A stretch of DNA of 64,000 nucleotides from Obrimoposthia wandeli (Eukaryota), in contig CDROCS010005398.1 in the NCBI GenBank assembly GCA_977020255.1, positions 1-64,000 on the forward strand. Direction: 5' to 3'. A program made the position numbers and the translations under genes. Positions within the stretch are counted from its first letter, which is position 1. Each line of letters opens with the position of its first letter. The notes under the pieces were generated by a model that did no database searches, was not told the DNA's origin, and saw only the letters and a program-made list of their open reading frames with translations. This document shows, one piece after another, positions 51,049 through 58,869 of this stretch.

Positions 51049-52317
51049 CTAACCTTTATATTCAGAGATTAAACGAACCGATAAATCATTGCCCGATTTA
51101 ACAAAACAGATTCCAGCTAGATAATCACACCAATCATTTCTATTAGGTACTTTCAAACCAAGAAATGACATCAAGCATACAATATGCAGATCATGGGAAA
51201 CCAAAACAGAAATTGATTCTTTAGATAGCTGACTTTTAACAAAATCAATTAACTCGTTTGAAGCATCTGCAATTGGTCGCATACCACTCGCAAAACCAGT
51301 CGTAACATAGTGTTCAATAAAAGCATAAAAATCCGCCGCCATTTCTGATTCATGTTCAGAAGAACCATCAAAATATACACCGGGATCACCTAGTAATGGA
51401 TTTAATTCTATAGGCTGTTGTGAGTCATAACTTGATAATATATCGCGCCCTGTTTCAACGCAGCGTGGTACAGGACTAGTGATGACCTTAAGTTTTTCAG
51501 CCGGAGTAAAAAATGATCCAAATACAGTAGCACGCTCTTTACCTTGTCCCGTTAAGGTGACGTCATGACCCCAGTTCGGCGTATCGGCATGAATAACTTG
51601 CCTCTCGGCGTGTCTAACTAGCATTACCATCTGATCGTTATCACCAATCATATCGTTTATAGTAGCTATATTGACTGGAGGATATTTTTGTAAAATCAAG
51701 GTATAGTGGCCATTCTCATGCAAACGTACCAACTGACCATCCAGTGTTTCACAAAATGCATAGTTATTGTAAAACGGCTCCGCGCGTTTAAAACGATGTT
51801 GGTAAATCGCATTTCCATTAACATTAATATGAAAGAAACCATGCTCATCTCTAACGACCGCAAAACCTTTATGGAAAGGTTCAGCATATTCAAAACTATG
51901 ATTATATATTCGCTGTCCAACGTGATTAATATGAAATGCTTTTTCTCCTTGATACGCAACGGCACGTTCATAACGGTAGTCACCCACATAACTAAATCGA
52001 CTTACGTAAACGGGCTCACCAGTCTTATCGATATGATAAAATCCCGTACCGTCTTCAACAACGCAAACATTACCTTGAAAATTACCTGACCATTTAAATT
52101 TATGGGAATGAATAGTCCCTCCCAACACATCAATATGAAAATAACCTAACTCATCAACAACCGTTGCCACGGCATTATAAAAACCAAATGTTTTTATAAA
52201 TCGATGTGAGTAAGCTTCTTTTTCATTCTCATAAATATGATATGCACCCGAAGTATCTATCACGGCAGCAAGTCCTTCTGGAAAATGAAAACTCATTCTT
52301 TGTTGTTCATCTATCAT
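51049..52317 (-). CDS. WG/KWG-like repeat protein fused to a C-terminal histidine phosphatase domain
   Basis: About five ~36-aa repeats (F..G.A.V.D..G.(Y/F)HI...G..(I/A)Y...F); then LVRHAE, SPVPRCVETG, VLVSHD. Confidence 0.8.
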   Translation of the reverse strand: MIDEQQRMSFHFPEGLAAVIDTSGAYHIYENEKEAYSHRFIKTFGFYNAVATVVDELGYFHIDVLGGTIHSHKFKWSGNFQGNVCVVEDGTGFYHIDKTGEPVYVSRFSYVGDYRYERAVAYQGEKAFHINHVGQRIYNHSFEYAEPFHKGFAVVRDEHGFFHINVNGNAIYQHRFKRAEPFYNNYAFCETLDGQLVRLHENGHYTLILQKYPPVNIATINDMIGDNDQMVMLVRHAERQVIHADTPNWGHDVTLTGQGKERATVFGSFFTPAEKLKVITSPVPRCVETGRDILSSYDSQQPIELNPLLGDPGVYFDGSSEHESEMAADFYAFIEHYVTTGFASGMRPIADASNELIDFVKSQLSKESISVLVSHDLHIVCLMSFLGLKVPNRNDWCDYLAGICFVKSGNDLSVRLISEYKG

Positions 52318-52399
52318 TCGTTCACCTAATTAAATCCATTAATAACAATGATAATTAAAGGCAATGCAAAAATTTGTTATTGCCCTTAAGAAGCTACAT

Positions 52400-52603
52400 T
52401 TACCAAGCTCTTTGTTGTTTAGTTAAATGCCAACCTCGCCCATTAGGACACTGGTATACCCGAAGTTTGACGTACTCTGTTTCCGCTAAAAAATCAGCGG
52501 TTTCTTGAGCCTCAGACTTTGAGCCATAGGTTGTTTTTACCTTGCCACCAGCACCTGTACAACTTTGACATAGTTCATTAGCGTTCATTATTTCCATGTA
52601 CAT
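52400..52603 (-). CDS. Small Cys/His protein, putative Zn-binding
   Basis: CQSC...YQCPNGRGWHLT; first ORF after the sigma54 promoter. Confidence 0.65.
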   Translation of the reverse strand: MYMEIMNANELCQSCTGAGGKVKTTYGSKSEAQETADFLAETEYVKLRVYQCPNGRGWHLTKQQRAW

Positions 52604-52696
52604 ATTGATATCCTTATTTTGGTTAAGCTCTTATGAGCAAGATTCAATACGCTAAATCCATACATCTAAATTGAACTGCGCACTTACTTTATGTAT

Positions 52697-52712
52697 TGCA
52701 CAACAGATGCCA
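52697..52712 (-). promoter_or_regulatory. Sigma54 (-24/-12) promoter for the island B operon
   Basis: Minus strand TGGCATCTGTTGTGCA, with GG and GC at the canonical spacing of TGGCACG-N4-TTGC; divergent from a sigma54 activator. Confidence 0.72.
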
Positions 52713-52881
52713 AGTTAAAATTAACTACAAGATAAAACAAATTAATCAAATATAACAATTACTTAAATTATAAGTTTGACGAAGGACTCATTTCAGCATT
52801 AATTAATTTACATAAGACTTAACTTTTATGTAAATTAAAACAAACATAAAGGTTAATCTAATTTGATCATTTAAGGAATTA

Positions 52882-54726
52882 ATGATGACAGGAACATTTA
52901 CTTTCATAACTCCTTTTTTCCAACGCCACGGAGTTGGATATCTGGACGTTATATTACACACAGTGGATAAAGAGCATGACTCACTGTCAAGTGCCGGTTA
53001 TCAATCGAAAGAACATGACCAATATGATGCATTCACTAACACATTAAAAAATGGAAAATTAAGCCAACTTAACAAAGTTTTTTACTTATTACCTAAAGGG
53101 TATAAAAACCACAAAGACGCACCTTCGCGATGGAAAGAATTTGTATCGAAAGAAAAAATCAATTTGATCAAAGAAAGTATCGAATCAACATCTAACAACC
53201 CAAAAAATAGCGAGGTAGATCTAGACAAATTAATCACGTATTTGAATAAAGAAGATGGATTGTTTCCTAGTTATGAATGGTTAAAAGGTGAGTGGCGAGA
53301 AATGCCCGATCTTTGGCATATCATTAACGAGTTCAGCCTTGCGACTCAGGTTGAATGGTATAAGAATCATTCACCTGTGTATCAAAAGCATAATGCTCTA
53401 ATTCATTTTGTTGAAATAGACACAACATATTCTCAATTAGAAAATGAATATGAAGTAACTGCTGCATTAAAAAAATGGACTCAGCAAGAGATATTTAACG
53501 AACATACATATATTAACCTCTGGGGAACTGCCACAGCATTTCAACTGGCATGGCACTATTTAGCTTGGTCATCACCAAGGTTAAAACCCATTAGCTTCAT
53601 AAAATGTAAAACATTAAAAGCGACTAAAGATAAACAGCGATTTACCCCACTAATAATCGAATCAGTAAACAAAAATTTATTAGACAAATTAGAACAACAC
53701 AGTCAAAAATCAACATTATCCCAACAACAAAATAATACTGCAGCATGGCTAAAAAAGTATAAAAGTCTTGATGATAACTTTACGATCTTACTTCTAGGTC
53801 CAAAAGGCACTGGTAAGACAAAAGTCGTAGCTGAAATATATAATGAAAACAGCACCGGTAAAGATAACCGAATAATATCTATTAACTGTGCTCAGTTTCA
53901 AAGTAACCCAGAAATTGCACGTAGTGAGCTTTTTGGACATGTAAAAGGATCATTTACTGGTGCTAATGAGAATAAAGAAGGGGCATTTAACGAAGCTAAT
54001 AATAAAGTCTTATTCTTAGATGAGATTCACCATCTTGATAAAGCAACACAATCGATGCTTTTAACCGCGTTACAAACTGATAATGAAGGTTTTTTCAGGT
54101 TTTCTGCGTTAGGAACTACCAATATCCAAACAACAAAATTTCAGCTTATTGTCGCAAGTAATATAAAACACGAAAGTTTAGAAGCCCATATACTCCCCGA
54201 TCTCTTAGACCGTATCAGTCAACGGGTATTAAAATTTGATGCTTTAAAATCCGGAACCACAATAAAAAAAGAATTTAATAGTGTATGGATGTTCATGAAA
54301 ATCTCAGAAGACGCCGTAAACCCCTTACTCTCAGGTGTAAAAACTTACGACTCTAGATTCGAAAAATGGCTAACTAAAACATCACATACATTTGAAGGAA
54401 ATTACCGAGATTTACAAAAAATAGCCATTCTGTGCGCAGACTATCAACGCAGCTGCGATAATCCAGATTTAATACCATCAGACCTTTCTTTGGTTGAATA
54501 TATTAAAACTAATTGGAGAATAAAGACCCGTAAAAAAGACATTACGATTGAGAACTTCCTTGATGAGCATAATCGTCTATCTCTCAAAGAGATCACTAAT
54601 GAATTTAAATCCAAATTAGTCCGTTCAGCTGAAATATTATGTGGAGATCAAAAATCTGCAGCAAAAATGCTTGGCATCACAGCTAAATCATTAATAGAAA
54701 TAAAGAAGAGAGATGAGCCGTCCTGA
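52882..54726 (+). CDS. Sigma54-interacting AAA+ activator, RtcR-like, with putative CARF-like N-terminal domain
   Basis: GPKGTGKT, INCAQF, SELFGHVKGSFTGA, LFLDEI, DLLDRI, GNYRDL, C-terminal Fis-type HTH (DQKSAAKMLGI); no receiver domain. Confidence 0.85.
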   Translation: MMTGTFTFITPFFQRHGVGYLDVILHTVDKEHDSLSSAGYQSKEHDQYDAFTNTLKNGKLSQLNKVFYLLPKGYKNHKDAPSRWKEFVSKEKINLIKESIESTSNNPKNSEVDLDKLITYLNKEDGLFPSYEWLKGEWREMPDLWHIINEFSLATQVEWYKNHSPVYQKHNALIHFVEIDTTYSQLENEYEVTAALKKWTQQEIFNEHTYINLWGTATAFQLAWHYLAWSSPRLKPISFIKCKTLKATKDKQRFTPLIIESVNKNLLDKLEQHSQKSTLSQQQNNTAAWLKKYKSLDDNFTILLLGPKGTGKTKVVAEIYNENSTGKDNRIISINCAQFQSNPEIARSELFGHVKGSFTGANENKEGAFNEANNKVLFLDEIHHLDKATQSMLLTALQTDNEGFFRFSALGTTNIQTTKFQLIVASNIKHESLEAHILPDLLDRISQRVLKFDALKSGTTIKKEFNSVWMFMKISEDAVNPLLSGVKTYDSRFEKWLTKTSHTFEGNYRDLQKIAILCADYQRSCDNPDLIPSDLSLVEYIKTNWRIKTRKKDITIENFLDEHNRLSLKEITNEFKSKLVRSAEILCGDQKSAAKMLGITAKSLIEIKKRDEPS

Positions 54727-54736
54727 TAACGGTCAG

Positions 54737-55636
54737 TTATTCTAGCCCTCCTTTTTGGTAGCCGACGCGCATACTCAGGTATTGAGCCAAGGCTAATAAA
54801 ATATTTATAGGGCTAATTTTCGCAGGCAAAAATAGCGTGGGTTTTAGATCTAACTGATACTTCAGCGCCAATTGTTTATTTCCTCTGCCATAGCGTTTAA
54901 ACCGATTAATAAAACCAATAAAACCATCATCAAATTCATGCTGAGTGCAACTCGCGAATTGGTAGTCGATCTCACCCACCTCTAGTAACCTGAAGGCCAG
55001 ATCAATATCTTCACCACCAGCCTGTTTAAACTCAGGATCAAAAAAGCCTACTTGTCTTATTGCTGATTTTTGGATCAGGCAGTTGGCTGTAACCAAGTAA
55101 TCGGGGCGCTTTCTTTCTAAATATGTCGCTTCAGGAGGGATGAGTGTCTCTTGAGTTTTATAATAACGAGAAAGGTAATCATCCGACACAACATCTATTC
55201 CACCAGCGTAAGCTAATACTTTATTATTATTAGTACAGTATCCAGATATGGTGCTTACCGTTGGTATGCAGTCCGAATCGGTAAACAATATCCACTCTCC
55301 ATTTGCCAACGACACACCTTTATTTCTTGCTGCCGCAGGCCCCACTTCCTTACAAGTTGAAAGAATTAGAGATGTAGGATAATCATTCGGTAAATGCAAT
55401 GCTGGGGTCGAATTATTATCAACAATAATTATTTCTTGTGGATAATGTTCAACAGAAGTGACTTCGGTAAACTCAGCTAAAAAACGATCAATACCAGCCT
55501 GATTATTTTTGACTGGAATGACTACACTGATATTTTTAGCCTCAATGTTCTTTAATGTTTCTAACGTTTTCTTTTTATTGGGGCTATAACCAAGTGTACT
55601 TAAAAGCGTCATACCAAAATCCTTGCAGATAAACAT
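54737..55636 (-). CDS. Glycosyltransferase family 2 (GT-A)
   Basis: ISVVIPVKN, IIIVDNNS, GPAAARNKG, ILFTDSDC, GFFDPEF...GEDIDL. Confidence 0.92.
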   Translation of the reverse strand: MFICKDFGMTLLSTLGYSPNKKKTLETLKNIEAKNISVVIPVKNNQAGIDRFLAEFTEVTSVEHYPQEIIIVDNNSTPALHLPNDYPTSLILSTCKEVGPAAARNKGVSLANGEWILFTDSDCIPTVSTISGYCTNNNKVLAYAGGIDVVSDDYLSRYYKTQETLIPPEATYLERKRPDYLVTANCLIQKSAIRQVGFFDPEFKQAGGEDIDLAFRLLEVGEIDYQFASCTQHEFDDGFIGFINRFKRYGRGNKQLALKYQLDLKPTLFLPAKISPINILLALAQYLSMRVGYQKGGLE

Positions 55637-56069
55637 CTATATATCAAAACATAACTTAACAAAAAAACGTTGAGATATACAATAAATATCCACTGTAATG
55701 AATTAACAATACCTCTTTTACTGTGTGTGCGTAAAATCATTATCGTACATCAAACAGCTAGTAATATCGGATTCTAGCTTGTGAATGTGGGAATATCGGT
55801 ATTTCAATAAATAAGTCAATTATCGGAAACCTCTCGATGATTTCATCTACCACGTGTTTCTTGAAGGGCGTTAACCAGTGTGAATTAAGACCAAATTGTT
55901 ACCAAGAAGCATTTAGCTAATGTTATTTTAACAACATCACAGCTATCAAATGCGGATCTTAACAGCATTCTCGAGATCGTTAAATGCAAAGACACCATAC
56001 ATCATTGTCGAGTAAACAGGTGGCAATTCACGACCTCATTAAAAATTATTTTTATTAACGCCTAAAACC

Positions 56070-56097
56070 AAAAAAGCCTGCATCTTCAGCAGGCTTT
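56070..56097 (-). terminator. Terminator downstream of gene X
   Basis: AAAAAAGCCTGC-atcttca-GCAGGCTTT; counterpart at 41139-41166. Confidence 0.75.
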
Positions 56098-56180
56098 CAT
56101 CTTTCTATATACTATTCACTAACACCATCAACTCAAACATGACTCCACATTCAAGTTAAAACAGTCTGTATTGTAACAGA

Positions 56181-56516
56181 CTAAAGTGCAGCAGCTTCTA
56201 CTTCAGCTACAAGCGCGTTTATTTGCGCGATATTGTCTGTCATTTCAGCACGGAAATCATCAGCAACTGTTTTAGCAGATAGCGTAAGGTAAGTTTCAAG
56301 CTGTACAACTAACAACTTCAATAACGCAGAGTAAGTCGCTGTGTTTTGCTCTTCTTCTAACGCTAACAATGCAGAGCTAATTGCAAAGTGTTGTGTTTTG
56401 GGTTGGTCTGCTTTCGCTAAATGCTTATTTACTTTTAACTCAGCGTAATCAACAAATTGTAATTTAACGTCGATGTCGTTGTTTAGCTTTTCTAAAAATT
56501 GTGTATTATCAGTCAT
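56181..56516 (-). CDS. Hypothetical helical protein ('gene X', 111 aa)
   Basis: RBS, ATG and own terminator. The paralog at 41274-41609 shows synonymous and conservative changes, which supports coding status. Confidence 0.75.
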   Translation of the reverse strand: MTDNTQFLEKLNNDIDVKLQFVDYAELKVNKHLAKADQPKTQHFAISSALLALEEEQNTATYSALLKLLVVQLETYLTLSAKTVADDFRAEMTDNIAQINALVAEVEAAAL

Positions 56517-56584
56517 ATGTAGGCCTTTGTTTTTAAATGCTTACTTAAACCAATAAGCAGCAATTTTTGAAAAATGGTATAACG

Positions 56585-56614
56585 AAAAAAAGCCTGCTCA
56601 ATGAGCAGGCTTTT
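56585..56614 (-). terminator. tRNA operon terminator, copy 3
   Basis: AAAAAAAGCCTGCTCAATGAGCAGGCTTTT. Confidence 0.82.
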
Positions 56615-56643
56615 CCGAATTCCAATTACTTGGAATAAATAAG

Positions 56644-56720
56644 TGGTCGGTGATAGAGGATTCGAACCTCTGACCCCCTGGTCCCAAACCAGGTGCGCTA
56701 CCAAGCTGCGCTAATCACCG
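56644..56720 (-). tRNA. tRNA-Pro(TGG)
   Basis: Full cloverleaf, CCA, 77 nt. Confidence 0.97.
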
Positions 56721-56724
56721 AACA

Positions 56725-56809
56725 TGGTGCGGAAGGAGAGACTTGAACTCTCACACTTTTCAATACTAGAACCTAAATCTAGCGCGTCTACCAATTCCGC
56801 CACTTCCGC
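56725..56809 (-). tRNA. tRNA-Leu(TAG)
   Basis: Full cloverleaf with variable arm, 85 nt. Confidence 0.97.
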
Positions 56810-56880
56810 ACTAACTATCAACTTATCAGCAGGTAATACTGACAAGGGTCGATAACATCACCTTAGCGTGTTATCAAATA

Positions 56881-56957
56881 TGGGGCGACTGAAGGGGATT
56901 GAACCCTCGACAACCGGAATCACAATCCGGGGCTCTACCAACTGAGCTACAACCGCC
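56881..56957 (-). tRNA. tRNA-His(GTG)
   Basis: G-1, T8A9, GTG anticodon, TTCAA T-loop, C73-CCA. Confidence 0.96.
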
Positions 56958-57019
56958 ACAAACTTTTACATCAACCCGCTTTGGTAAGCGAATTAACTTC
57001 TACTTTTACGTAGATAATA

Positions 57020-57096
57020 TGGTGACCCCTATAGGATTCGAACCTATGGCCTACGGCTTAGAAGGCCGTTGCTCTATCCAACTGAGCTAAGGAGTC
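57020..57096 (-). tRNA. tRNA-Arg(TCT)
   Basis: GACTCCTTAGCTCAGTTGGATAGAGC AACGGC CT TCT AA GCCGT...TTCGAAT...CACCA. Confidence 0.97.
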
Positions 57097-57097
57097 G

Positions 57098-57174
57098 TGG
57101 TCGGTGATAGAGGATTCGAACCTCTGACCCCCTGGTCCCAAACCAGGTGCGCTACCAAGCTGCGCTAATCACCG
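57098..57174 (-). tRNA. tRNA-Pro(TGG), first gene of the operon
   Basis: Identical to 56644-56720. Confidence 0.97.
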
Positions 57175-57207
57175 AACGTTGGAGGCAATGCCTTGTCAAC
57201 GAGGTGG

Positions 57208-57236
57208 ATATTACAGAGTTGGACTGAACTCGTCAA
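57208..57236 (-). promoter_or_regulatory. Sigma70 promoter of the tRNA operon
   Basis: TTGACG-N17-TAATAT followed by a C-rich discriminator. Confidence 0.8.
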
Positions 57237-57392
57237 ACTTTTTTAATGCCTCCATTCATTCTGCTCATTAGTTATACGACAAATGTAATAAACGCCGCAA
57301 TATGTAGGATTTAACTGCAAAATAACGCTTGTTCGCTGTTTTCATTCAAATATTGAGCTTTTTTAACTCATTGGTGAACAGTTTAGTCAATA

Positions 57393-57932
57393 TCACTCTA
57401 GCTCAGCCAATGCGGTTCGTAGGTTATTCAAAGCGCCCACAGAAAAACCGCGATCATAAAAGTAAACAATCTCATTATTGCTATTTAACAAGATGATACG
57501 CGCGTTATTCGGATTTTCATTACCCGTGTACGCCTGCATTTTTTCGCCGTCGTTATATAAAGTGATCACCCCACCCCATAATTCCTCTGGAATTCCCCGA
57601 CGCATGCCGTTATTAATCATAGAACTGAACATTTTTGGAAACATACCTTGGATAGCAGGTAATTCGTAAATGTCGACAACTGTACTCGTCATGTCTAAAC
57701 CAATTAACCAGCGGTCAATATCAAATTGGGTATCTTGTTTATAACCCACCAGCAATAACGTCGGTTTATTACCAAATAAAGCAGGCATCGACACATCTTG
57801 TTTTTCCAGCGTCTGCCCAGAAAAAGTCGGCAATGCCTGCCCCACTAACGATTGATTGCTGTAACTCGACGAACAGCCAACCAGTAATACCGTTAATGCG
57901 ATAAAGATCCATTTTAATTTATCCATGTTCAC
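57393..57932 (-). CDS. Hypothetical lipoprotein (thioredoxin-like/ATP10-like)
   Basis: Lipobox LLVGC; TQFDIDRW, PEELWGGVITLY; RpoE-type promoter upstream. Confidence 0.65.
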   Translation of the reverse strand: MNMDKLKWIFIALTVLLVGCSSSYSNQSLVGQALPTFSGQTLEKQDVSMPALFGNKPTLLLVGYKQDTQFDIDRWLIGLDMTSTVVDIYELPAIQGMFPKMFSSMINNGMRRGIPEELWGGVITLYNDGEKMQAYTGNENPNNARIILLNSNNEIVYFYDRGFSVGALNNLRTALAELE

Positions 57933-57986
57933 CTGCTTATAGTTAGAGTTGAGAATGAGGGTCTAAGTCATTGCATGCATAGTCAA

Positions 57987-58012
57987 TACGCCGGTATTTA
58001 TCACTTCGATCA
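57987..58012 (-). promoter_or_regulatory. RpoE(ChrR)-type promoter
   Basis: Minus strand TGATC-N17-CGTA. Confidence 0.8.
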
Positions 58013-58107
58013 CTGTGAATGTTATTTATTCACTTATTAATCGCTAATTACTCTCTCACTATTCATTCCTTATGCACTCCTTATAAAACAAGTGCACCCA
58101 ATATAAA

Positions 58108-58133
58108 TGATCGATTCCAGGCATCCGTACGTA
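58108..58133 (+). promoter_or_regulatory. RpoE(ChrR)-type promoter
   Basis: TGATC-N17-CGTA. Confidence 0.8.
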
Positions 58134-58167
58134 TTGGAGAGTGTCAGATTAATTCGAGGCACTACTT

Positions 58168-58776
58168 ATGATGTTAGCAATCTTTCCCTTACCTATCGTA
58201 TTACTCCCCGGCGGGGTAACACGCTTGAGTATATTTGAACCCAAATACATGCGTCTAGTAACAGAGTCTTATCGAAATGGCGGCTTTGCTTTATTACCCT
58301 ATAACCAATCAAAAACGGATACCGCTTTAGCAACCGCTGATCACAGCATTGCAGCTTGGGTCGAAATCATTGATTTTAATACATCTGACGACGGCTTGCT
58401 GAGCATCGATATTAAGGCCAAGCGATTAATTGAAATAACCGCCGTCGAATCTGATGCCGATGGTTTGCTCAAAGGATGTTATCACGAGGTGCAGCATTGG
58501 CCTGACAGTAATGAAGTCAGTAACATTGACCAAAATGATAGCCAAAATAGAAAGTTAACCTCGGTATTAAGATCCATTTTTGAAGAACATCAAAACTTAG
58601 CCTCGCTTTACCCTCACGCCAATGAACAGGATCTACGCTGGGTATGTGCGCGCTTTATCGAACTATTACCCCTGGACATTAAACATAAAATTAACTTTAT
58701 GGCGCCAGAAAGCTTTGAACAATGCTTAGCCTTCTTGCATACTACAATTAATGGACATAATAATGCGCCTGCCTAA
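58168..58776 (+). CDS. LON peptidase N-terminal (substrate-binding) domain protein
   Basis: LAIFPLPIVLLPGG...LSIFEPKY.RLV; IIDF...DGLL.I; W...R..ELLPL...K. Confidence 0.85.
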   Translation: MMLAIFPLPIVLLPGGVTRLSIFEPKYMRLVTESYRNGGFALLPYNQSKTDTALATADHSIAAWVEIIDFNTSDDGLLSIDIKAKRLIEITAVESDADGLLKGCYHEVQHWPDSNEVSNIDQNDSQNRKLTSVLRSIFEEHQNLASLYPHANEQDLRWVCARFIELLPLDIKHKINFMAPESFEQCLAFLHTTINGHNNAPA

Positions 58777-58804
58777 CTTATTTAAATAAGTTATAGAAAT
58801 AAAG

Positions 58805-58830
58805 TGATCGATGTTATTCATCGTCACGTA
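58805..58830 (+). promoter_or_regulatory. RpoE(ChrR)-type autoregulatory promoter
   Basis: TGATC-N17-CGTA directly upstream of the sigma gene. Confidence 0.82.
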
Positions 58831-58869
58831 TGACTCTTTACGCATGGCTACATTATATGAAGAATCCAG

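Larger units (their letters stand above)
56056..57064 (-). repeat. tRNA-operon repeat copy 3 (intact)
   Basis: Template for copies 1 and 2; all genes intact and under the promoter at 57208-57236. Confidence 0.92.

Noticed and set aside
46175-52317. Complete aminoglycoside biosynthetic cluster
   Set aside because: No 2-deoxy-scyllo-inosose synthase, sugar aminotransferase, resistance gene or exporter; only the enzyme classes are analogous.
46175-55636. Ordinary O-antigen/capsule locus
   Set aside because: No Wzx/Wzy/Wzm-Wzt, initiating transferase or nucleotidyltransferase, and a dedicated sigma54 activator is atypical. Not fully excluded.
55640-56055. Possible gene remnant between GT2 and the gene X terminator
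   Set aside because: All frames are interrupted and I recognise no family motifs.
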